Of a DNA stretch of 64,000 nucleotides, positions 1-9,749 are shown in pieces (the stretch's first letter is position 1; each line of letters starts with the position of its first letter). The translations under genes were made by a program, and so were the position numbers. This DNA is from an uncultured archaeon. GTDB taxonomy: Archaea > Thermoplasmatota > Penumbrarchaeia > JASLWR01. Below the pieces are notes generated by a model. It was not told the origin of the DNA. It ran no database searches and saw nothing but the letters and a program-made list of their open reading frames with translations. Location: the NCBI GenBank assembly GCA_964342815.1, contig CAYFHS010000015.1, positions 23,797-87,796 of the forward strand, in the 5' to 3' direction.

Positions 1-6
1 AATACG

Positions 7-954
7 ATGGTTGAAAGAACATTGGTGGTAAAAGTAATAAATACAAGCGGGGATGACGACACAGATGACGATGTCGATGATGATACTGACGACGATATCG
101 AGGATGATACGGACGATGACACCGAGATTGACGACACTGATGGAAGGGACACGACCGGTGAAAAGAGCTTTCTGGAGGGATCGTTCTTCATAATATTGAT
201 GGTGGGATTATTCATTCTGATCGTGGTGATCGTACTGATGATAATAATGCGAAGAAAAAAGAAAGATATATCGGATGATGAAACTACCGAACTGCAAAAA
301 ACCGAAACTCCCCATGAAGAATTGCCCGTGATGGTCGTTAAAGAGCCAATTACTGAAGACACCCATAGAGAGCTCGGGGGAATAGAGGAGGAAACGAATC
401 AAATCCCCGGCGGTGTCGTCGCGGAATATCCGATCGACGAATCAACCGCCCCTGAGTGCACAAAATGCGGGCGCAGGTCCGATTATTACGAGGAATATGA
501 CTGTTACTGGTGCGAAAACTGCCAGGAATATGTGGATGAAAACGTAACCACCGGGGATGAAATTGAATTTGAAGATACCTTGGTAAAAGAGGAGAACATC
601 ACTACCGAAGAGGAGCCAAGCACCGATAAAGTAATAGATGAAAGCGAGTTATTGGACACTGACGCCGATAAATCCGAACCGGGGGGAAATAGTGCTGGAA
701 ATGAAATGAATGATGAAAAAAAGAATATGGAAGCCGATGTCGATGCATCCGAAACCGAAACTAAGGAAAAAAGTTCTGAAAATGAAGTCAATGATGAAAC
801 GGAAATAATAGAAATCGATAACGAGGCATCAGCAGCCGAGATGAATGAAAAAAGTTCCGAAAATGAAATGGATGATATAACAGAAGTTAATGAAGCCGAA
901 GATGGTACGGATGAAGCTTGCATTACCGGTGAGAGTGCATCGGAAGAAGAATAA
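7..954 (+). CDS. C-terminal part of a membrane-anchored surface protein (acidic linker, single TM helix, Zn-ribbon, acidic tail); probably 5'-truncated by the window edge
   Basis: Frame is open to base 1. DDDT-repeat linker, hydrophobic helix FFIILMVGLFILIVVIVLMII followed by RRKKK, a CTKC...CYWCENC motif, and a long Glu/Asp-rich tail. Confidence 0.75.
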   Translation: MVERTLVVKVINTSGDDDTDDDVDDDTDDDIEDDTDDDTEIDDTDGRDTTGEKSFLEGSFFIILMVGLFILIVVIVLMIIMRRKKKDISDDETTELQKTETPHEELPVMVVKEPITEDTHRELGGIEEETNQIPGGVVAEYPIDESTAPECTKCGRRSDYYEEYDCYWCENCQEYVDENVTTGDEIEFEDTLVKEENITTEEEPSTDKVIDESELLDTDADKSEPGGNSAGNEMNDEKKNMEADVDASETETKEKSSENEVNDETEIIEIDNEASAAEMNEKSSENEMDDITEVNEAEDGTDEACITGESASEEE

Positions 955-984
955 ATGTTCCCAAATATATTTAATTAGCAATGG

Positions 985-2664
985 ATGGAATTATCTATGA
1001 GTGAAAAAAATGATAATACTGGAAATAGATTAATTTGCATGACAATAGCTTTTCTCTTTATCTTTATGAGCACCGCAGGAGTCTTTTCCTCCGGTGAAAA
1101 CGGGGGATCAATAGAGCTGGCCACCGGATCGAACGATCCCGTAGAAAAGATAAATTTCACATATTATCATACATTCGAAGAGACAACCGAATATCTTGAG
1201 AACGTCGCTTCGAGCCGGCCCGACATAGCGGTTCTATATTCACTGGGAAAGACTTACGAGGGGAGAGACGTGTGGGCATTGAAGATATCCGACAATCCTT
1301 CCCAGTACGAGGCGGACGAAGCAGAGATTCTTTATATCGGGATGCATCATGCCAGAGAGTGGATAACTAAGGAGATACCGTTGTATTTTATTCAATATAT
1401 CCTTGAGAATTACGGGACCGATCCACAGACCACATATGTTGTGAACCACCGCCAGTTATGGATAATCCCAATATTGAACCCGGACGGTTTTGTTTTTGAC
1501 GGGAACGGGGATTACTCGAATCGTGGAAATTGGCGCAAGAATCGCGAGCCGAACTGGGATGGATCCTACGGTACCGATCTTAACCGGAATTACGGCTGGC
1601 ACTGGGGCGAGGTGGGTTATCAGGGATATGTTAATCCACGTAAAGAGGACTACATAGGCCCGTATGATACTAAGGATGATGACGGTGATTTCCGCTTGAA
1701 CGAAGATCCTATGGATGGTGTAGACAACGATGGAGACGGTAAGATCGATGAGGATACGCGGGGTGGTTTCTCCACTGCCGAAACCCGCATCATACGTGAT
1801 CTCGCCGCGGACCATGTTTTTAAAATATCAATGGCATATCACAGCTATGCAGAAACGATATACTGGGGATACATGTACACGAGACAGCTTCCTCCCGACG
1901 AACAGCTTTACAAGCATATTGCGCGGGGAATTAACCGATACAACGGTTACGAGTACCGAAATTACACCGAGGAGGACCGGAACAGGAAAGGACCTCTCGT
2001 GGACGGCGACCTGAACGATTATCTCTACGGAAAGCATGACATACTTTCATTCTGTATAGAAGTGGGAAGTGACGCTACCGGAGGGTTCTATCCACCGGAA
2101 GATATGATTATTCCGATGTGCGAGCTGAACCTCTTGCAGAACCTCTATGTTGCCGAGATAGCGGACAATCCCTGGGAAAAACATTTCAGCATAGAACATA
2201 CCCCTGTGAAGAATATAACAAACAACAACGAACCCATAGAGATTCATGCGACAGTAAAAAGTTCCCAGGGGCTCGAATTGAGCGTGGGAAGCCCGAAATT
2301 GTATTATTCTATCGACACTGGAGAATATAACGAGATAGATATGGAACCCTGCGGTATGCCGAATGGATACAAGGCCAATATACCAATCCAAGGTTCAGGA
2401 ACACGTATCTCGTACTATATTGTTTGTGAGGATTCAAGGGGTCATATCACTCAACTGCCGAAATATGCACCATTTCAGTCCTTCGATTTCACCATCAGCG
2501 GGAGCGTGGATACCATGGATACTGTGTTGATTTTAATCTACATACTAGGTATACTGGTGTTCCTGATATTATTCCTGTTTTCATCCAGATACCTCATTCG
2601 TAATTTGAGAAGGACTGGAAAAAAGAAATCCTCATCGAATGAGAATGAAAGAGAAAAAGATTGA
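985..2664 (+). CDS. Membrane-anchored M14 zinc carboxypeptidase (carboxypeptidase T-like)
   Basis: N-terminal hydrophobic signal. M14 motifs HHAREW (Zn His/Glu), RKNR, GTDLNRNY, YHSY and FCIEV (catalytic Glu). C-terminal TM helix plus basic tail. Confidence 0.92.
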   Translation: MELSMSEKNDNTGNRLICMTIAFLFIFMSTAGVFSSGENGGSIELATGSNDPVEKINFTYYHTFEETTEYLENVASSRPDIAVLYSLGKTYEGRDVWALKISDNPSQYEADEAEILYIGMHHAREWITKEIPLYFIQYILENYGTDPQTTYVVNHRQLWIIPILNPDGFVFDGNGDYSNRGNWRKNREPNWDGSYGTDLNRNYGWHWGEVGYQGYVNPRKEDYIGPYDTKDDDGDFRLNEDPMDGVDNDGDGKIDEDTRGGFSTAETRIIRDLAADHVFKISMAYHSYAETIYWGYMYTRQLPPDEQLYKHIARGINRYNGYEYRNYTEEDRNRKGPLVDGDLNDYLYGKHDILSFCIEVGSDATGGFYPPEDMIIPMCELNLLQNLYVAEIADNPWEKHFSIEHTPVKNITNNNEPIEIHATVKSSQGLELSVGSPKLYYSIDTGEYNEIDMEPCGMPNGYKANIPIQGSGTRISYYIVCEDSRGHITQLPKYAPFQSFDFTISGSVDTMDTVLILIYILGILVFLILFLFSSRYLIRNLRRTGKKKSSSNENEREKD

Positions 2665-2741
2665 TTAGAATATATCTATATTGCATCTGTCTTTAACTGA
2701 ATTGAGTGTTTTAGGAATTAATTGGCGAGGACCGTGAAAAA

Positions 2742-3284
2742 ATGAACCGAGCTCGGCTAATGATAATCGGTATATTCATTACCGTTATCCTTCTAGTATC
2801 CACGGCAGTGGGGTACAATGTGATCATCAGTGATGAAAGCGATAACCAGGAAAAATCCGGAGAGGATGATGGAAATAGCACAGCATGTGAACATATGGGC
2901 GCAGAAGGGGTCTCCATTAAATGCAATGAGGGGAACTCCGGTACTATACAAATACCATTCATAGGCTTACAATTTCTGGAAACGGACGAGAAGCATCACT
3001 GGGATATGGAAGACGGTATTAAAAAAGTGGTGGCAAGGTTGGAATGGACCGATACTTCCTGGCAATTTGAATTTTCAATAGGTACCGGTGAATGCCCGGA
3101 CAGCGGCCAGGCAAAGGAGTCCGGTTCGGGGAACAACGGCACCATAATTCTAAACTACGGTGATGAGGAAGGATTGGCAGAAGGACAATGGTTTGCGCAT
3201 ATACGAAGCCTGGACAAGGAAAGCCATCGGGGAGAGGAATGTAAATATTCTTTAACTATCACCGTTTTCGAGTGTGCCATGTAA
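2742..3284 (+). CDS. Hypothetical secreted or membrane-anchored protein
   Basis: N-terminal hydrophobic segment, 180-aa ORF, co-oriented with its neighbours, four Cys in the mature part plus one near the C-terminus. Confidence 0.65.
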   Translation: MNRARLMIIGIFITVILLVSTAVGYNVIISDESDNQEKSGEDDGNSTACEHMGAEGVSIKCNEGNSGTIQIPFIGLQFLETDEKHHWDMEDGIKKVVARLEWTDTSWQFEFSIGTGECPDSGQAKESGSGNNGTIILNYGDEEGLAEGQWFAHIRSLDKESHRGEECKYSLTITVFECAM

Positions 3285-3309
3285 ACCTTGAAATAATGGA
3301 TGCCTTGAA

Positions 3310-3900
3310 ATGTCACTAAACCTGATCCCGTTCATTATATGGACCGTTGTCCTTTCGATATTCATGCTTGGATTTCTTTTCCAGAAGAAAGGGACCGATT
3401 GGAGGTCTCTGGGCGTGGTGGAAGGATTTCTGGTTGCTTTATTTCTCGAAATGTTCGGCATTCCCCTTTCAATATACATACTGTCCAGCATATTCGGTAT
3501 GTCCGATTTCTCGGGAACTGGAAACCTTAGAGTAGATTACCTTGGAAAAGGCCCCGTCCAGCTGTTCTTTATGATACCTTTGTTCTTTTTCGCCGTAGTG
3601 GGACTTCTGCTGATCTGCTTGGGCTGGTACAAGATCTACCATGCAAGGGACTCGTTGGTAACTGACGGGATTTACGCTTATACGAGGCACCCGCAGTATC
3701 TTGGCCTTATGATGGTTACCCTATCCCTGCTGTTCTGGTGGCCAACTATAATTACAATAATAATGTGGCCGGTCCTCTCGGTAATGTATTATATTTTAGG
3801 GAAAAGAGAGGAAAAGGTAATGATAAAGGAATTTGGAAAGGAATATTTGGAGTACAGAAATCGAGTAAATGCGCTTCTTCCGATTCCAAAGAGGAATTAG
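3310..3900 (+). CDS. Isoprenylcysteine carboxyl methyltransferase / phospholipid methyltransferase family membrane protein
   Basis: Multi-TM. Motif LVTDGIYAYTRHPQYLG and C-terminal REEKVMIKEFGKEYLEYR, typical of the ICMT/PEMT family. Confidence 0.85.
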   Translation: MSLNLIPFIIWTVVLSIFMLGFLFQKKGTDWRSLGVVEGFLVALFLEMFGIPLSIYILSSIFGMSDFSGTGNLRVDYLGKGPVQLFFMIPLFFFAVVGLLLICLGWYKIYHARDSLVTDGIYAYTRHPQYLGLMMVTLSLLFWWPTIITIIMWPVLSVMYYILGKREEKVMIKEFGKEYLEYRNRVNALLPIPKRN

Positions 3901-3944
3901 GAAATCAGAGAAGGTGGAAGCTTGTACGCTAGGTTTTTCATTAA

Positions 3945-4409
3945 TCAAGTATAGGTTGTCGGTATTTCATTTACTTTTAACTGTTTGAGTAATGCGATCC
4001 CACATTTATTTGATGGAGTCAGATAGATTTTACCTTCTTTGGTTTCTAATGTAATAAGGGGTATCTTTTTAAAACGCTGTAAAAAACGATTTTTTATCAA
4101 ATATATCGATGCATTTTCGACATCAGAATAATATATTGTTGTTTTCTTCCTAGTAATTATTGGCATCTTTTCGATTAATTCGATTCTGTCGGTATAAATT
4201 GTAATGCTTTGTTTTGGAAAACTATCTAATAAAAATAAGGTTGACATGATCAATAACAGAATCCCTAATAATATTTTGTTGGACTCTATAAATAATAACC
4301 ATGAAAAACCAATCATATAAAATAACGATATTAACGCGCGTATCCATGCCATATCTTTAAAAAATCCTGGTTTGTATAACTCCTTTTCGGTATTCCCTAC
4401 TTTTTCCAT
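3945..4409 (-). CDS. Hypothetical membrane protein (two TM helices plus PH-like beta domain)
   Basis: Two hydrophobic helices followed by a ITIYTDRIELIE...TTIYYSDVE pattern. AT-rich. GGAGG-like element upstream (rc of cctcc at 4420-4424). Confidence 0.6.
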   Translation of the reverse strand: MEKVGNTEKELYKPGFFKDMAWIRALISLFYMIGFSWLLFIESNKILLGILLLIMSTLFLLDSFPKQSITIYTDRIELIEKMPIITRKKTTIYYSDVENASIYLIKNRFLQRFKKIPLITLETKEGKIYLTPSNKCGIALLKQLKVNEIPTTYT

Positions 4410-4590
4410 ATACCTGTGTCCTCCAAATAATTATAACACCATGATATCAGGGCTATGGTTGATTAAAATAAATATATATTTTTACTTCAATTTGTTCGAG
4501 AAAAATATTATTTTTTTCTACCTGAATGATCGAATAATACTCGAACTGTATTCACTCATGACCGGTTTTATTCACCTATCCCCAACTAAT

Positions 4591-4896
4591 GACAAATGTC
4601 CCCCGTCTCTACCGAAAATTGTCCGACAACTAATTGATAAAAGTCTAGTGAAAGCATACCGAAGTCTAAGGCTAATACCGGCATTTGTTCGGGATAATTA
4701 CCAATTAATGTCTACTTTTTCTTTCGACAAATGTTAGCTAAGCATGTTGACAAATGTTTAATCGCATCAATTATCAAACCCCCCAAATCCGATTTTACTT
4801 TCACAAGCAATAATCTAAAGCCAGTACCGAAATAATCTTACTTTCACTCACCCCCGTCTCTCCCATTTTCCTTTATATAGTCACTGAACATTTGTC
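4591..4896. repeat. Dispersed 10-bp motif GACAAATGT(C/T): three direct copies and one inverted copy, plus 11-bp direct repeat CCCCCGTCTCT
   Basis: gacaaatgtc 4591-4600, gacaaatgtt 4726-4735 and 4749-4758, inverted aacatttgtc 4887-4896; cccccgtctct at 4600-4610 and 4851-4861. Confidence 0.7.
4872..4879 (+). promoter_or_regulatory. Candidate archaeal TATA box for the downstream wHTH ORF
   Basis: tttatata at 4872-4879, in an intergenic region upstream of the ORF. Confidence 0.4.
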
Positions 4897-4954
4897 CTTC
4901 AGTTATGAGATCACCGTTGCTCATGACCTGAACGAAAATAACGGGTTTGATATA

Positions 4955-5377
4955 ATGAACAAACGAAAGAAAGAACAGAAACAAAAGAAATATCTAAGGC
5001 AGGGAAAGGTCATCGAAAGAAAAATACAAGAAAAAATTTCCAGAAATGAAGCAAAATTACTACTTCACGTCTTGGTCTATCATTTCGACGGTTTTGCACG
5101 CCAGCAACAACTAATAAATTCTCACATGGCCACGAGATTCCACTGGGGTAATAAAAGAACAGCCCGAGTTCTTAATACATTGGCGCAATTAGGTGTTATC
5201 GACCGCTGGAAATCGGAATCCGACAACTGGACCCTTTTCTTTCTTGTCAAGGGTTTCCTCGAAGAGTGTAGAAATAAAATCATACGGGCTGGTTTTGCCA
5301 TAAAGGAAAGAATGGCGCATTGTTTTTCAGCAATCTTCTCGATAAAACTTGGAGTGAAAAATCGGACCGGAACCTGA
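4955..5377 (+). CDS. Hypothetical basic protein with a probable winged-helix DNA-binding domain
   Basis: Lys/Arg-rich N-terminus, then a helix-turn-helix-like segment (WGNKRTARVLNTLAQLGVIDRWK) with a beta-wing. The ATG at 4955 is preferred over the TTG at 4892. Confidence 0.5.
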   Translation: MNKRKKEQKQKKYLRQGKVIERKIQEKISRNEAKLLLHVLVYHFDGFARQQQLINSHMATRFHWGNKRTARVLNTLAQLGVIDRWKSESDNWTLFFLVKGFLEECRNKIIRAGFAIKERMAHCFSAIFSIKLGVKNRTGT

Positions 5378-5395
5378 TTATGTCTGCAATCCATC

Positions 5396-6508
5396 TCATT
5401 TTCCAGGGAAAATATGCTTTGTTCTCAGACAGATCTTGACCAGCATGAGCATCACCGGTACCTCGATCAATACACCCACTACGGTTGCCAGGGCAGCTCC
5501 CGAAGCAAGGCCGAACAGCATTGTGGCAGTAGCAATGGCCACTTCAAAATGATTGGAGGCTCCGATCATGGCTGCCGGAGCGGCGTCCTCGTACGTAAGT
5601 TTCAGGAATCGGGCTGCCACGAAATATCCCAGTACAAATATGAAAACAGTTTGAATGAAGAGCGGAATTCCGATCCATAGGATAGTCAATGGATTTTCGA
5701 TGATTATTTCACCCTTGAACGAAAACAGTAATACAAGTGTGACCAGAAGGGCGATTATACTTACGGGACTCAGATATTGAAGAAATCTTTCCTTGAACCA
5801 TTTTTCTCCCTTGTATCCGATTATCAATTTTCTGGAAAAATAACCGGCGGCCAGGGGAAGCGCAACGTAGATGGCAACTGACAACAGTATGGTTTCCCAG
5901 GGGATGGGCATTGAATTTATATCAAGTAGAAAACCGCCCAGGAATGCATATAATAACAGCATCATCAAGGAGTTTATGGCAACCATCACCAGCGTAAGCG
6001 CGTCATTCCCTTTGGCAAGGTAACCCCATACGAGAACCATTGCAGTGCAGGGTGCGATCCCGAGAAGAATTGCTCCTGAAACGTAGCTTCGCCAGAGTTC
6101 CACCTCCTCTCCGCTCTTCAATGTCTCGGTACCTGTGAGGAATCCTTTGAAAAGTACACCAAGAAAAAGGAAAGCTATGAGATACATGGTAAACGGTTTA
6201 ATGGCCCAGTTAATAATAAGAGTCATGAGAACAGGTTTTGGAGTCTTTGCAGCCTTCACAACCCTCCCGAAATCGATCTTTACCATGATCGGATACATCA
6301 TAAAGAAAAGACAGATCGCAATGGGTATCGAAACCTGATAGAGAGAAAGGGAATCCAATCCTTCGGCCATTCCCGGAGCCAAACGTCCCAGGAGGATACC
6401 TCCCCCTATACAGAACAGAACCCATATGGTGAGAAAGCGCTCGAAGAAACCAAGTTTGTTTCCTGTAGGTTCACCATTTTCGGTATTGGCCCTCTCACCC
6501 GCACTCAT
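5396..6508 (-). CDS. acr3: ACR3-family arsenite efflux transporter
   Basis: Motifs [62 protein letters not shown]. Confidence 0.95.
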   Translation of the reverse strand: MSAGERANTENGEPTGNKLGFFERFLTIWVLFCIGGGILLGRLAPGMAEGLDSLSLYQVSIPIAICLFFMMYPIMVKIDFGRVVKAAKTPKPVLMTLIINWAIKPFTMYLIAFLFLGVLFKGFLTGTETLKSGEEVELWRSYVSGAILLGIAPCTAMVLVWGYLAKGNDALTLVMVAINSLMMLLLYAFLGGFLLDINSMPIPWETILLSVAIYVALPLAAGYFSRKLIIGYKGEKWFKERFLQYLSPVSIIALLVTLVLLFSFKGEIIIENPLTILWIGIPLFIQTVFIFVLGYFVAARFLKLTYEDAAPAAMIGASNHFEVAIATATMLFGLASGAALATVVGVLIEVPVMLMLVKICLRTKHIFPGK

Positions 6509-6791
6509 CGCATTTCTCCTCGTCGTTTATCCGCTTGGATAATTCATTTATTGTGTTCAAAATATCAATTATCCCTTTATCGATAATTCTGTAGATGCTT
6601 TTCTTCCCTTCGCGCCGACTGCTAACCAGTCCACAATTTCTCAGAGCTTTAAGATGAAAAGAAACCAGGGTCTGTTCCAGATTTAATTTCTCAATTATCT
6701 CATTGACACACATTTCACGGGTACTGAGACACCAAATGATCTGTCTCCTGTTGTTATCCACTATACATTTCAGAAATCGCTCTTCATTCAT
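6495..6791 (-). CDS. arsR: ArsR/SmtB-family transcriptional repressor
   Basis: wHTH pattern RRQIIWCL...MCVNEI...[24 protein letters not shown]; overlaps the acr3 start. Start placed at the ATG at 6791. Confidence 0.88.
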   Translation of the reverse strand: MNEERFLKCIVDNNRRQIIWCLSTREMCVNEIIEKLNLEQTLVSFHLKALRNCGLVSSRREGKKSIYRIIDKGIIDILNTINELSKRINDEEKCDECG

Positions 6792-6819
6792 ATCAAGCAC
6801 CACACATATGGACGAGGAC

Positions 6820-6843
6820 ACATATGAATGATTGCTTATATGT
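6820..6843. promoter_or_regulatory. Candidate ArsR/SmtB operator (imperfect palindrome ACATATGAA-N6-CTTATATGT)
   Basis: Outer arms ACATAT/ATATGT are perfectly complementary. The left half resembles the ATATGAA half-site of CzrA/SmtB-type operators. Lies ~30-50 nt upstream of arsR. Confidence 0.5.
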
Positions 6844-6979
6844 ATGTGTCGGTATCTTGATTTAATCCTAGAATTATATCAAGAGCGCAATTATTTCAGA
6901 AAGATGAATCTGTCATAAACCCTATAAAGTAAAAAAACACCTGTTGGCATGTAATATGAAAAAAGAAGGTGGTGTGACA

Positions 6980-9730
6980 ATGAAGGCTTTCAGGTCTTCT
7001 ATAGGCATTCTATTTCTAGCGATGATACTGGTGAGTTCCCCCTATCTTATACCCATTTCTGAACAGGATTTCACCGGAGCAACATACAAAAAAGGAATGA
7101 TGAGATCCACAACGGTCCCTAAAGACACCAGGGATGATATCTACTCGCCATTGACAAATCTCAGCTCGGGCGACAGCCAGGCGGAGATTAGTTTTCCCAT
7201 GACCGGTGGGATCGATTCGAACAATTCCATCACACTTCCGCCTCGAATTACAATTAACGAAGCCCGGTTCAATCTTACTAGCAAACCCCTGGAAAATGTG
7301 ACCATATCACATGTACATGATTACACGGACACCATAAACAACTCAGCCTGGAAAGGAGCTTTTACCGGAACTTCCCCGGCATCCCCCCCTGCCGATTACA
7401 TGGATGTCCCCTACGATGGTGTGGACTACAATAACGTGATATTTAGCGACGATCTGTATGTGGAATGTATCCTGAGAGACGGAAAAAGCCCCTACCAGCT
7501 TTTCGAATTCACTGTAAATGAGACCAGCATCAAGGAGATCTACCTATTTTTCGAGGGACTGGGATACTACCGCGTGGGTATGGCTAATTACCATTACAAC
7601 GTCACATTGTTCATATTCAATGAAAGTTTCAACCAGTGGGACAACATCGCGCAAAAGAACGAACGTCAGCCACCTGCAGGAGACTTTACCATGTCGCATA
7701 TCATAAGTACCAATCACACCGATTATATAGATGATCAAAATAAATTATATTTGATGGCTGTCGGCCCTTACGACCCATCTCCCGATACCCGGGATGAATG
7801 GTTGAGATGCGACCGGGCTTTTATAAATGTGAAAACCCTTGAGACGATCCATCCTTCCAATATTACCCTGGACGTTGGTAACGATGGGAAATTCGAATGG
7901 GTAAAAAATAATATCTTCACGGGGGAAGTCACGATCTCTGATGATGAAGGACTTGCCGTGTCACTCCAGCAAATAATCGACAATGGAAGTGAAATAAATG
8001 ATATTGTTATACCCATTATGATAGGAAGTGGCAGCGGTGGATCGATAATTATAGATACCCTTTTCATTTCATTTGAGAAAAAACCATTCAATCCCACCCC
8101 CATCTTAAGTAGACTGATACCATCCGATTTCCTGGAGTTCGCGGAGGATAGTGACGAAGGAGATAATTTGCTGGATCTTTCCGATTTTTTTAAAGATGAC
8201 GATCAAGGTAATCTTAGCTATGAGATCATTCTCAACCACAAAGAGATAAATGCATCCATAGACCCTGATGGAGTCCATATGGATTTCAGCTCAATTAAAG
8301 ATTATTATGGGAGAAAATCCTTTCAGGTAAAGGCGTTGGATCTTGGACTGGACGGCATCAGAGATACAGAAGACGACCTTTCTAATATATCAAATATTTT
8401 CAATGTAACAGTTTATCCCACTAACGATGCACCTGTTTTGAGGAAATTGAACAGTACCATTGTCCTTCCTGAACAAATTCAGGAGGGTTTTCGTCTGGAT
8501 GTTTGGGAAGATTTACCTGCAAACTTTGTTTTTGATTGTTTCGATGTTGATGGTGATATACTTTCCTATTCGATAATGGATCAGATTTCGTCACCCGGTA
8601 AGATCGATATGATAACCGATACTCAAAACAGGTCGATTGTTGAAATAACGATTCATGCAACCAATGAAAATATAGGGTGGTTCAACACCAGTATAATTAT
8701 ATCGGACGATAATGGATCGGGCCCGTTATTCCTCAAAATAAATCTCTCAATATTTATCCATAATACTAACGATGGTCCGGGGATCATTATGGTTGGAGAA
8801 AATATCCCTGATAATAATTTTCTGAAGTTGGATGTACCCGAAAGGAATTGGCTGAATTTCACCATTGAGGCAAGCGATCCAGACCCGGATGACCGCTTGA
8901 GCTTTTCCTGTAATCGAACCGATGGATTGGGGAATGACGACTTAGCTGGTATGGAATTGATTCAGGATCCCGATACCATGATTGGACGCTTCAGCTTTCA
9001 AGCTGAAATAGCCCCCGGCAACTATCTGGTAAATATTTCAGTTTCTGATTTGGCTGGAGCATATGATTGGGTGAATATGAAAATAACCGTATTGGACGTC
9101 AATGAAAACCCTGTTGTCGGGATACTGGACGTACATGGGGGTGAACAAAATCTCAGCGTTGTAATAGTCGCTAAAGGTTTCACGGACCCCGATGGAGACC
9201 CCCTAATGTACGACTGGGATCTGGGTGATGATATGGGCGAATATCTTGGATTGGAATTGATACAAGTAAATCATACCTATAAGATATCCGGAAACTATAC
9301 GGTGAAACTCGGATTAATAGACGGCAGGGGCGGATCATTGGAAGTAAATATTACAATACAAGTCACAGCTCCTCCCGATGATATCGACGATAATGGAAAC
9401 GAAATTGAGGACGATGATACATCTGGTCCTGACGACAATAATAGCAAGGATTCGGGTGGTGTGGAGAAAAGTATTCTGGAATCCAACCTGATATGGATAG
9501 TAGGTGGGACATTACTGCTGCTCTTGGTAGTGGGGATTATCTTCATTGTATTGGGGAGGAATAGAAAAAAGGAGGAGAATGATGATACGGAACCGTCAAT
9601 CCAAAGCGACGAAACTTCTCCCCCATCCAATGAGATTTCCGGTGATGATTCATTTCAGGACGAAACTGAAAAGCCTGAAGTTATGATTAAATCCGAAAAT
9701 CTTGAGTCAACGGATGAATCCGACAGCTGA
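6980..9730 (+). CDS. Large membrane-anchored surface protein with cadherin-like and PKD domains
   Basis: Signal-like N-terminus; repeated N-D-x-P-V / D-P-D-x-D-x-L motifs; PKD signature YDWDLGD...NHTYKISGNYTVKL; C-terminal TM, RNRKK and an acidic tail. Start could be 6944-6980. Confidence 0.85.
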   Translation: MKAFRSSIGILFLAMILVSSPYLIPISEQDFTGATYKKGMMRSTTVPKDTRDDIYSPLTNLSSGDSQAEISFPMTGGIDSNNSITLPPRITINEARFNLTSKPLENVTISHVHDYTDTINNSAWKGAFTGTSPASPPADYMDVPYDGVDYNNVIFSDDLYVECILRDGKSPYQLFEFTVNETSIKEIYLFFEGLGYYRVGMANYHYNVTLFIFNESFNQWDNIAQKNERQPPAGDFTMSHIISTNHTDYIDDQNKLYLMAVGPYDPSPDTRDEWLRCDRAFINVKTLETIHPSNITLDVGNDGKFEWVKNNIFTGEVTISDDEGLAVSLQQIIDNGSEINDIVIPIMIGSGSGGSIIIDTLFISFEKKPFNPTPILSRLIPSDFLEFAEDSDEGDNLLDLSDFFKDDDQGNLSYEIILNHKEINASIDPDGVHMDFSSIKDYYGRKSFQVKALDLGLDGIRDTEDDLSNISNIFNVTVYPTNDAPVLRKLNSTIVLPEQIQEGFRLDVWEDLPANFVFDCFDVDGDILSYSIMDQISSPGKIDMITDTQNRSIVEITIHATNENIGWFNTSIIISDDNGSGPLFLKINLSIFIHNTNDGPGIIMVGENIPDNNFLKLDVPERNWLNFTIEASDPDPDDRLSFSCNRTDGLGNDDLAGMELIQDPDTMIGRFSFQAEIAPGNYLVNISVSDLAGAYDWVNMKITVLDVNENPVVGILDVHGGEQNLSVVIVAKGFTDPDGDPLMYDWDLGDDMGEYLGLELIQVNHTYKISGNYTVKLGLIDGRGGSLEVNITIQVTAPPDDIDDNGNEIEDDDTSGPDDNNSKDSGGVEKSILESNLIWIVGGTLLLLLVVGIIFIVLGRNRKKEENDDTEPSIQSDETSPPSNEISGDDSFQDETEKPEVMIKSENLESTDESDS

Positions 9731-9749
9731 TCGATGGTCGAGGTCGAAA

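Noticed and set aside
43-140. Short tandem repeats (gatgac...) that could be mistaken for an array
   Set aside because: They encode a DDDT low-complexity linker; there is no constant repeat/unique spacer structure, so not CRISPR.
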